Assembly: GCF_964355755.1 (NCBI RefSeq)
Contig: NC_092677.1
Location: 24,725,175-24,789,174 of the forward strand
Reading direction: 5' to 3'
From: Antedon mediterranea
Lineage: Eukaryota; Animalia; Echinodermata
DNA: 64,000 nt
Shown here piece by piece: positions 12,994 through 23,900 of this stretch. Under the pieces are notes generated by a model, which worked only from the letters and a program-made list of their open reading frames with translations, ran no database searches and was not told the DNA's origin. Both the position numbers and the translations under genes were made by a program. Numbering within the stretch: the first letter of the stretch is position 1; each line of letters begins with the position of its first letter.

Positions 12994-13054
12994 CTGAAGT
13001 AACTGAAATGACAAATGACAACAAGATAATAATTGTCAACCTCGATGGACACAT
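12994..13054 (-). CDS. Gene C signal-peptide exon
   Basis: ATG at 13054, MCPSRLTIIILLSFVISVTS G|gt; 61 nt, phase 1. Confidence 0.82.
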
Positions 13055-13884
13055 CTTTCAGAAAAGAGCTCTGTAAAAAAATTGAACAAGTTAACACAAT
13101 CAATTTCTTATTTCAGAACCTTATTTCAAATCGAATATCAAAATTAATGAAAAAATAACACGATTTAAAATACTTTCTGCTTAAATACATGATTGATTTA
13201 ATGTTTTAATGTTTACGAACATTGTTAAAAAATAACATTTTAGAAGTAGTTCCATCCACACTGTAAAACATACATATTTTATAAGTACCAAATTAATAAA
13301 GTGCAAAACATAGGTACAATGTGGACTAATCAGGCTTGACGTTTTCAAATTCAACAAGGTCCATAGTTGGTGCTCCCTGATACATTACGGAATAAACTTA
13401 CGCAAGTCTGTCTTACGTGGTCTTCTAATACAAAATGTTAACAGTTTCAATGACGTTTGCTGGTCTATTTATTGAGAATGAGTATATATTTCGAATAATA
13501 TCATCAGGAACTAATGTCCTTATTTGTTATGTTGTACAATTTATTTCATTTTACCTTGTATCATTGCGATGGTGGTACGCTACCAATTGTGTTCCTTTTG
13601 TTATCTCTTTTCTTGTTACATTGAACTTGTTACGGGTCAGTAAAATAATCAAAAAGCATCAAATAAATTCAATCAATCAATCAATAAAATGCCATTTTCT
13701 ATGGAAACTATAGTAAATCGTGAAGTATTCTAATAAAGGCTTACTTAAAAAATCCGGTAAGCTTGGTTTCCGCAAAGCAAGGACTTACGCGCACCAATTT
13801 GACCAATCACGATGCGCGAATCATTGGAACTCTCGCTTGTGATTGGTTAACACACTTGCGTTACGTCTACGTCGTTGCATCTAA

Positions 13885-14045
13885 AGCTTAGTTCCCACTA
13901 GAACGTAACGCAAGGACGTAAACGCAACGCAAGCATTTTAACCAATGACAAGCGAAGTTATAGACAGTTAGCAATCACAAGCGAATAAGCCATCGCTTGT
14001 GATTGGTCAATTTACTTGCGTTGCGTCGCCAGTGGGAACCACGCT
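13885..14045. mobile_element. PIF/Harbinger-like MITE beside an older related copy (13760-13881)
   Basis: TIRs AGCTTAGTTCCCACT / AGTGGGAACCACGCT with TAA on both sides; internal CCAAT(C/G)ACAAGCGA inverted motifs; fragments also near 14630 and 24295. Confidence 0.65.
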
Positions 14046-15109
14046 TAAATGTATTACCGTACCCTTTAAACTGTTATCTACACATCGGTCCAAAATCAAT
14101 ACATTCTCGTAATGTTCAATGTTAAAATAAAAAAAAAATTAAATTAATTAAAATTATTCCAAAATGACAAGAACATAGATAGACAAATATTCAAATATTA
14201 TTTAAATATAAATTAGAAAATGTTATTCTTTCCTGGTATAATTTAATACATAATTAAATTGATAGTCTTAGTAAAGTAAACTGTTATTCAACGGAGATAA
14301 CAGATAAATTAAGAACGGCTACTAATAGCTACAACTTAGTTCACTACTATATAGATACATTGTTTATTTCTATGATTCTACCAAATAATATTTCAATTTA
14401 TGATTATTACATTAATATTGTTAATATCATTATTACTAAAAACACCAGTCAGTCATGTTGTAATGCAATTAAAATGCTACGATTAAAAGTAGGCATATTG
14501 CTAAGACACACATTGCAAAAGATAATGTAACCCGTTGAACAGCAATGTGTTGAAACGAGACAAAGACAGGCATGAAGGCGCCTTACACTTTTATGTACCC
14601 ACTAGCGCATAGTCTCTCTAAAGACGCAACACAAGCGAGTTGACCAATGACAAGCGACTGTTCGAATAATCCGTCGCTTGTGATTGGTCAACTCGCTTGC
14701 ATTTTTAGAAACAAAAGCTTAAGCAAAAAGTAAACAATGCATACAATTAGATTATATGATCATCACTAGGCAGTTTAAAATTTCTCTCAATTAAAATTAT
14801 TTAATATAACAATTAAATTTTAATATTAAAACTAAAAAATTAAACCAAATATATTTTTTACATGATTAATAAAGAGATATGTTATCAAATAAATGTTAAA
14901 CTATATTCGATACATTTAATATTTACATCCACACAAACAATCTCAAAGAAACTAAAACATCTAAATAAAAACATACCCTTGATAACATTGTATTAAAATG
15001 AATATATAATGCACATATTACTATATAGTTTAATTTATCAATATATAAAAATTACATACAATTATCACTAATGTTAATTTTTTATGTACAAAAGTTATAG
15101 TTTATATAT

Positions 15110-15362
15110 AAATGTTAATGCATATTCATGATTGTTATTGCATATATGCATGAATATTAATGCATATATAAGATTGGTAATGCATATGCAAGATTGGTAA
15201 TTCATATGCATGATGTTAATGCATATTCATGATTTTTATTATTGCATATACAGTATGCATGAATATTAATGCATATATAAGACTGGTAATGCATATGCAT
15301 GAATGTTAATGCATATTCATGATTGTTATTGCATATATGCATGAATATTAATGCATATATAA
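15110..15362. repeat. AT-rich minisatellite (tgcatatatgcatgaatgttaa), resuming at 15900-15960; paralogous copy at 24800-25145
   Basis: Degenerate tandem units visible directly. Confidence 0.75.
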
Positions 15363-15444
15363 CCGTGAATAAGTGCATTTTGTAGGATTGTAGATAATAA
15401 ATAAATCATTTTGTTTGACAAATCCAAAGGAAATTACTCACATT

Positions 15445-15484
15445 CTTTAGCTTTCGCCATCTTGGCTGATGGCTTGATCACAAG
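15445..15484 (-). ncRNA. Minimal hammerhead ribozyme, inverted copy of 15816-15855
   Basis: Exact reverse complement in the left arm of the element. Confidence 0.68.
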
Positions 15485-15815
15485 TGATCCGGTCCACTAC
15501 TACTTCCTGGAAATCTGTTGTTATTGTTTCTAGGTGACGTCATACTTTTTCGTAGCAGTGATGTGTATACGTGATCGAGATATACAGCCCCTTCGTCGAT
15601 TGGGATGGGGCAAAAATTCTTGACAGAGACTCTAACCCATTCAAGCGTAGAATCAGAGAGGCAATCCAAATCAGAAAGAGGGGGACTAACGCAATCAACC
15701 GCGACGAAGGGGCTGTATATCTCGATCACGTATACACATCACTGCTACGAAAAAGTATGACGTCACCTAGAAACAATAACAACAGATTTCCAGGAAGTAG
15801 TAGTGGACCGGATCA

Positions 15816-15855
15816 CTTGTGATCAAGCCATCAGCCAAGATGGCGAAAGCTAAAG
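15816..15855 (+). ncRNA. Minimal type I hammerhead ribozyme, G3-C8 core variant
   Basis: CUU-GUGAUCA-A-GCCAUC-agccaa-GAUGGC-GAAA-GC-UA^AAG: stem I, 6-bp stem II, palindromic AGCU stem III. Confidence 0.7.
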
Positions 15856-17221
15856 AATATGAGTAATTTCCTTTGGATTTGTCAAACAAAATGATGTATT
15901 TAATGCATATATAAGATTGGTAATGCATATGCAAGATTGGTAATGCATATGCATGAATGTAAATTGGATCTAAATGTTTATTTATCGCTGTATGTGTTCT
16001 CCACATAAAATGTTTTTATACATTTTAAAAAAATATATAAATATTACAAATAACCACCAGTTATTTCTACAATATATATAAAATACATATTGTTTAATGT
16101 AAGGTATTTCAGCCTATTTACAAATAACCTAGTTATCACCCTCATATTCTACCGTTTATAAAACTTACTAATTAACCCTGAGAACAATGGGATTCTACAA
16201 GAATAATAATACGATACCTACAAAATAACTACTACTACTGATTTATACAGGTTTTACACATTTCTTTCTAAAATTGTTTATAATAACGTTAAATATATCT
16301 TAATATGACAAAACTAATTTGATACACGATTGCCGAATTTATTTGAATAATTGCTCCTCCCTCCTTGATTAAATGCTCCTCCCTCCTCAAATAAAAGTAC
16401 AAATAGAACATCGTTTGGAATAAACCCCCACCCCACTCCTCAGGACATTTATTCGAATAAATATGGTATACATATATGTATTAAATATTAGTATTCATTT
16501 AGCAATTTGTGAATGTCCATAATTGTTGACTAAAATAAGTCTTTTTATCCAATTGATTAATTTGAGGATCTTTAATATGGTCTACATCATCATTATGAAA
16601 TACTTTTTATTCAATTATTAGTAATATCAATTAATCTACTACAAACGCTAAATAAATAATATATAGGTTTCAATTTTATCCTAGAAATAGTTTCCTGCAA
16701 ATAAAAGCACGGCTTTGTAAAAAAAAAATTAAAATAGACACTTTAAAATGGAAGGAAACGTGTTAAAACAACAGGCTGCAGATCTAAAGTTTAATAAATG
16801 TTTTTACAAAATTAGAAGGGAATAAATTTTACAAAGAAGAGTACAGATGCTGGACTACAAGAAGTTGGAAATACTAAAAGCACACACACACCCACACGAT
16901 TAAACAATATAATTACATAAACAATTACAAAAAGATACGCGGGAAGTTAATTAATTGGAAGAGAAAACAAACAGGAGGGACCTATAAAGGTTTCTCAGTA
17001 AAATCTTTGTATTGGAATGTGAACATAAACTACTTTGGATAAACATGCGTACATTCATGTATTTGGAATTTCTTAAGCCTGGTTTCCATAAAATTGATAC
17101 GCTGATAAACTTGTGAGGCAATCAACTTTCAACGAATCAGCTTGCCATCCTGTCATCACGGATTCCAATGCAATAGAGCAATATGTAAAGCGATTTGTTG
17201 AAAAGTTTAACTAGAAGTTTC

Positions 17222-17565
17222 TTAACCATAGGTAATATGGTTTGGATTTGTTGAGTAGTAAGAAGGTGGAGACTGTGAGTAATCTGGGGGAGGTGTCTCT
17301 AATGAAGATTTGTATTTATCCGGATCGTCCATAACGGCAGTGTACGACGGTGGAAGGTCTTGGGCAGGGGGCGCCGATGGTGATGTTGGCACGTTTGTGG
17401 TAGGTTGTAACTCAACGCCAGCATTTTCAGGTTGGGCTGTAGTATCATTATTTTCTGCCGGTGGTGGACTACTCTTCTTCTTGCGGCATAAACAAGCATA
17501 ACACCAGTACAAGCCAACGATCGACCCAATCGTAATACCTGCAATAGCGCCACCAGATAATCCTC
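17222..17565 (-). CDS. Gene D terminal exon: TM + PSAP/PPxY cytoplasmic tail
   Basis: gacag|GA GGA; GLSGGAIAGITIGSIVGLYWCYACLCRKKK...PSAPP..LPPSY..PPPDY..PPSY...*. Confidence 0.9.
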
Positions 17566-17934
17566 CTGTCATATAAAGATTTGAATTAATGCACTTGTAT
17601 AATTTATATTAATACCTATATATTGGTAAATTGGTAATGTGATTTTCATTTCTCTTTAGAAATCGCTGAATGAAACTTATCCATGGAACGAAATACATTT
17701 TGATAACCACTGTTAGCTCAGTGAATAAAACGTGTGACCATTGATGGATGTACGGTCAATTTGATTCCGCAAATGTTTGATTGAAGCTTCTGTTTGGCTG
17801 TTTCACTTTACGGTTTGATTTAGCTCTTCCTTATTTGTATCTCCATTTAGATCTTTTAGAATCCCATATGATAACTCATTTTTCAGTAATTTACATTTTT
17901 GGATTAATATATAATTATTAATATTCTTTCTTAC

Positions 17935-18285
17935 CTGAATGTTTACATTTTACAGCAAAATCTGAAAAATGGGAACATGATTCATACGTATTTTCATAAG
18001 ATTCACAATCGCTTAGATTTTCATCGTAATCGTCACAATTAAAGGTGATTTTGTGAATTGGCGATTCATCAACTTCAAACGTGTTGTAATTGTAAACATT
18101 TGTCGTCTCACCACCGCCTTGGTATCCTAGTTGCTTGCAAAGAGTTTCGGTCTCAAGCTCACCCCAATCATAAGCACATACTGTTCCCCAAACACCGTAC
18201 AAGAATACCTGTACTATTCCTTCATTGACGATATCATTTTCGTACTGCCCTACCAATTTTGCATCCAGGTGATTATAGTGTTGAT
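17935..18285 (-). CDS. Gene D SRCR exon 3
   Basis: 351-nt phase 1-1 exon; EGIVQVFLYGVWGTVC..W..LCKQLGY..C..C..CSH..FAVKC. Confidence 0.9.
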
Positions 18286-18978
18286 CTAGTAAACAACAAA
18301 ATAATATAGCTCATGTAAAAAATTAATATTTAAAAAAATAAAAGATACCCATTTGCGACCCAAGGACATTACTTTTTTAATGACGTGAATCAAGATGTAC
18401 ATCATAAACTGGGTCAATATTTTTACAGTAGAGAGACTAAATTGACCACTCTCAATCATTATGTTATCAATCAATCATTAAATTACTGCTCTACAGTACG
18501 TTTTTTTAAATGTATTTATCTGTATAATTAACATTTTGTCTAGATTAATTGCATGAATTTTGTATGGAATAATATTTATAGCATTAAGATTCACTCAACC
18601 ATGACAGTTTACATACTTGTTGCGTATACTGAATACACATGCAATGATTAATATATTAAACTAATCTATGCCAGGCTAGCAAGATGTGAGGCCTAACTAG
18701 AAAAGTACAGTATATACAGGCTGTGTGATGTTTAAATAAAGTGTTATAAATAAAATATTAATGTTTTTATAATTTCTATCAATAAAAACAGTCGCTGCTG
18801 TAGGAGGAATGCATGTGTGCAGCTTGTCTCACACAGCAGAGTTCCTCACACAGCCATGGCTTTGTTTTGTTGTTAAATTGCACCTTCAATGTAAGCAAAT
18901 TATGACATCATCGGTCATTTTAAGCGTACATAAAATCCATGGAACGTAAAACAGAGGTTTTCCAATGTATGATCTTAC

Positions 18979-19305
18979 CTTCGTTTGTACATTGTAATTT
19001 AACAGTATCATAACAAAAATATTTCGTCTGCGGATTATTATGGCAGTACATCAAACCACTTTCATATCCATTACAGGTAAATTCAACCTCATAGGATGAG
19101 TAACCATCACTTATTTGGTAACCATTCACCAATTCATCACTTCTTTTGTAGCCAAGCTGCCTACACGCTACTTCAGAATTTTCGCTTGTCCACTCATCAT
19201 TGCAAAGTATTGTCCACTCTCCTCTATATAATACCTCTAACCGACCAACGTTTGAGTAAATTCCATCAACTAGACGGATTGAATATTCTTCCAAACCAGG
19301 ATCAA
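18979..19305 (-). CDS. Gene D SRCR exon 2
   Basis: 327-nt phase 1-1 exon; IRLVDG..GRLEVLYRGEW..C..VACRQLGY. Confidence 0.9.
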
Positions 19306-19671
19306 CTATATTTATAACAAAAGAAATATTTCATATAACACCTAAAAATAGTTAATTGCATGAGAACAAACTGATTCATAGGAAGTTGAACAAATTTCAA
19401 TTTCTACATAATATGTATGATTTAGTTGCAAAACGCAGAAGTTTGAGGCCCTTGGTTTAGGGACACTAAGTGGTCTTCTAATGCTAGAAGCATTGGGCGT
19501 TTTTTTGCCTTTTTCGACATATTTTAGTGTCCTTTTTTTCTCAGAGTCCTGCTTAGAAAGCCCTCATTACAGCTGGGGCCCCTGGGTGTATGATACATGC
19601 ATGTTATCAAAGGATATCCTAGTACAAGGTAATGAGAGATGGCACTGAGATGGTGAAGAATACTTACGAAC

Positions 19672-19989
19672 CTTCAGAGCACGCCAAAGACACATCTTCA
19701 CTATGGCTGCAGTCATGTGATCTAATTGTGTTATATGTACACATATAAAGCCTAGCCTCATCACCATCGCATTGCACTTCATCTAAAATAATCGACTGAT
19801 ACTCAGATCCAACATAGCTGTCTGAAAGCAAATAATTCTCAGGTGGGCCGAAACCTAGTTCCCGACATACCACTTGGGCGTCTGGTGAGTTCCAGCTATC
19901 ATCACAAACTGTTCCCCATTCTCCGTTATGGTATACTTCAAGGCGTCCTTCATTGTCTGAAGGTCCACCAGTTAGTCGAATTTCAAAAA
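19672..19989 (-). CDS. Gene D SRCR exon 1 (canonical SRCR)
   Basis: 318-nt phase 1-1 exon; IRLTGG..EGRLEVYHNGEWGTVCDDSW..DAQVVCRELG..LDEVQCDGDE..HDCSHSEDVSLAC. Confidence 0.93.
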
Positions 19990-20318
19990 CTGTAATAAAA
20001 AAAAAAGATAATAAAATATGTTGCTGAACTACTTTCATCATCCTGATATTATTTAAAGAAAAGTGAATCGAGTACACATCAGCCTAATTTAAAACAACAC
20101 TAACTCACATGATTGGCTTAAATATGGTAGTGATATGACATCATCATGTCCATATATGGGCACATCACATTTTGTTTGTCACATTAAGTTTGATAGTGTA
20201 GACAGAGCTTAATGCATGTTTTAAAGATAAGTGTGATTGTGTACAGAATGGTGACAACATTGTTTGTGTAGGAAGTTAAGGCCTTTACAAAAAAAAAATA
20301 TTAATTATTAAACTTTAC

Positions 20319-20373
20319 CTGAATAAACTGAAATGATAAGTGATAAAGTGAGTGCCACTCGCAATAGTAGCAT
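20319..20373 (-). CDS. Gene D signal-peptide exon
   Basis: MLLLRVALTLSLIISVYS G|gtaaag; 55 nt. Confidence 0.87.
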
Positions 20374-23300
20374 CTTCTTTTGAGATAATCTGAAACAAAA
20401 TTTTAAATTTAATATTTACACATTATTCACAATTACATTTACAATATTTAATAATAGTATACCTATAGGTAAATTTAGTAATTTTTTTAATTGATTAATT
20501 ACACATTTATTCACAATTCACAATTTTTAATAAATTTAGTATACCAAAAGCGAATGAACACCATTTTATACAATATTAAAATAGGCCTAGAACTTTTTTT
20601 TTTAAATTTTGAAAATCATTAAGTGTATACAGTACTACTTAAATACTAGCTAGTGATGGCTTTCACTTTTGATAAAGATTAACATCATAAACAAGGCAAC
20701 TGAAACCTGTCATACGTACTTGGCCTACATCTACAGCAAGTTTTTTTTTTATTGTATTGTACTACTGCATATAGGCTAGGCCTTGTTTAGTTTTTGTTAC
20801 AATTTTTTTTAGCTTTAACAACTAAGTTGTAGAATAAGTTTATTTAGAATTTGATTGTAATTGTATTGTCTAATGACCTTTTCAGCCCAGGCCTACGTAT
20901 ATAAAAGCAAGCACATTAACGGGTAGGCCCGATATCGGCTTCTGCTGTCTCCTTGTGTCAGTCTCTCTGCTGCCCTTTCCGATACGACAGGCCTAGCTAG
21001 AGTACTTACTAGAGGGATTACTAGGCTAGTTATACTCTAGCCTAGGCCCTATGTACACGTAGTGGGCTAACCCGTCTACATACTAACTAATACTATTTTA
21101 TTAATACTGTAAAAACATAATTATTTAGGCTAGAATGGCAAAAGTAGTGGTAATAAATAGGCTAGAAATACCAGAAAAAGCGGTTCCTTATTTATATGTC
21201 GTCTCGAGAGAGCAGCAGCAGCGGCACAGCGTTTCCAATAGCAATGGCGCCCTCTATTATGGCAAACTTTAGTCATAATATTAACACATGTGAGTTTACA
21301 TCATCACTGTCTAATAATAACTATGACGAGACATTAATCAAATCAATATTTTATTAAAATCTGCATTTTCAGTTTCATTACTTTATTCATAACAGTTTGT
21401 TACAAATTCATCGATTCAACAAGGATTTGGTCCCGGATTTTATATATTTTCGTATTGTTTCAAATGTAAAATATGAATATAGACCTACATGGATTGAATA
21501 TTATTTAATAGCCGACAGAAATGGTTGTATCAGGTATAGCCGGAAAAACGGATGTTACAATCCGTGCGGGATATTAAACTATGTCATAGATTATCTCATA
21601 ACCTCCTTTTTTTGGAAGACATAACAAATGGCTCTTGTTTTTCCAAATGTTGTAAGCAAGTTTCCAAGTAAATAAATCTATATATAAATTACATACGGGA
21701 AAAATTCGGTAAATCGTGCGTTACTTCTAGAATTTTTACTCGATGGTATATATATAAAGTAAAGTTGGTTCATCGTTCCTTCTACGGTAAATGTTTTTAA
21801 TAGCTGGAAATTATTATTAAAGCTCGGGTACAGCATCATAACGTTGAAGACAAATGATTTTCTTAAAAAACATATTTTGATAAGATTTAATTCACGTTTA
21901 TACAAACGTATTGCTTAGCGATGAATGAAACATTCCAATCTCTCTCTCAGTAAATTTTGGTATAACACACAAGTAGGTAAATCTATGGGCCTTTGGGGGA
22001 TAAACTTAAAACCTTTGACAATAAATACATAAACCATTTTGTATCACCATTTGAAGTGCAAATGTCTTACTGTGAGTGTGTGGGTACTGTTTAAACACAT
22101 TATACAAATAAACGTTATTACTAACAGTTGCTTCTCAACGTTAATTGTAATTAATTAATAATTACAAAAAATATAAACGTAGTAGTGGTGTATCCTTACA
22201 AGTACTTTACTATTTCAATCAACTATGACAGTGACAGTATTAAATCGCAAATGTTTTACTGTGTTTAGTGGTACATTTTATCGTATTAAACATAAAAACA
22301 AATATTAGGTTGTTACGAATGAAGAATATATTTTAAAATGGTTCCTCTTTGCACCCATTCTTTTGACCATCTTTCAACCCTAATGTTACATACAAAACAC
22401 AAATTGGGTTTGTTTAAATTTGACTCAAGTAATTCTCATTGTGCTAATTTTTAGTTGACTACATAATCCGTGTCTATTTATTCGTTCCTCCTGCAAACGA
22501 CTTTATTATAGTCCTGCGCTACGTACATTTGCAATTCCCGAAATTACTGTGTATTTGGGAACCATCTGTGGGCACGCGTACCATCTAGTAAATAGTAATT
22601 CCTTATTGCGACTTATTGCGTCTCAATTAAATACTACCGGTACTGATATCCACATAAATGCTGCCATTCAATTGTGTAGAATCGATCCTCGTCATTTTAT
22701 AGCTTTCAAAGAAAAACAATAAATTATATACACAGTACTGTATAATGGCGGTCTTTACAGTACTGTATTTCTAGTGGTAAACAATCTCTGTTCAAGCAGC
22801 CACTGGGTTGTCAAAGGCCTATGTGTTTTAAAAGTAGTCCGGTTGAAACCTAACTGTACTGGTGGCTACGGCCAGCTGTTTATTGAACAGCACATTCGTG
22901 TACTCGACATTTTATACCTTTTTTTTTCGTCTTTGTGTTGCCCTGGAAAACCACCCAGAAGGTTAAGTATCAGCGTCTAACTTCTAACTCATAGTATTGT
23001 AACAGTGTCGTTCGGTATTTACAAGGTCGAGTACGTCCTCCTTCGTTCACGTCCTGACCATACTAACTTGTATTGCTTTGAAAAGCCCGCCATACCTGAC
23101 GTGGCATGCGTCATCACGCGATTGGTCGAACCACGGTTAATAATTTACATAATGGTTAAATCCGTCTTGTTATGGTTCCACTAATGCAATAGGCCTACTA
23201 CGTATTAATACTATTAATTTATATTATTAAATTTATATATATATATCTCCCGCCTCTCGTTAAAATGCAAATTCTCCCGATATGTTGAATAAACCAAAAT

Positions 23301-23519
23301 AATCTCCAGATATATAAATATATTTATCAATTTTAATATTTTAATATTGATACAGGAATAGACAACATACTACTATTGGTCTGTATAATGTTTATAACAC
23401 ATTCATGCATGGAATAATAAGTGGAATAATGAGTTGCCAGCGCATGTTTTGCCTTCAGCACGCATTATTGATGCCAACATTTATATTTATTTTTAAAAGT
23501 AGACATATTTCCTTTTCAT

Positions 23520-23900
23520 TTAATTTATTCGACCAATAAACATATACAGAACAGAAACAAAGCAGAATGGTCAGGGGCAACTAAAGCAAAACAATTACTA
23601 TAACTCAAAGAGTCAGTTTCCCCTTAAAAAACATCAAAATACAAAAAATATTGCACCAAGTAAAACATTTGTACAAGCTTAATAAATTTAAAAAGTCTCT
23701 TAATACTCAAAATTAGTATAAGGGATCGGTACATAAATATACAAAATTAATAGATTAATAATCAGAAACAGCATCTCTTTCAGTGAGGTAATGTCGGAAA
23801 ATGTTAAAAAGACCTGAACTGCTGAATTTCTTACATCATCAGGAAAAACAGACCACATACGTGGAAATAGATTGACAGGAGAATTACTAAAGGCTGTGGT
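23520..23900 (-). mobile_element. Degenerate LINE (L2/CR1-like) 3' end
   Basis: FPRMWSVFPDDVRNS resembles the post-RT PRLWNxLPxxVR motif; A-rich tail near 23520. Confidence 0.4.

Larger units (their letters stand above)
15398..15902 (+). mobile_element. 5'-truncated Penelope-like retroelement with inverted 3' duplication
   Basis: DWDGAKILDRDSNPFKRRIREAIQIRK..AINRDEG matches the C-terminus of the PLE GIY-YIG endonuclease; arms 15398-15598 and 15702-15902 are inverted copies with 2 mismatches. Confidence 0.88.

Noticed and set aside
15478-15729. Minus-strand 83-aa ORF mirroring 15571-15822
   Set aside because: Artefact of the inverted duplication; only the plus frame has the Penelope motif across the spacer
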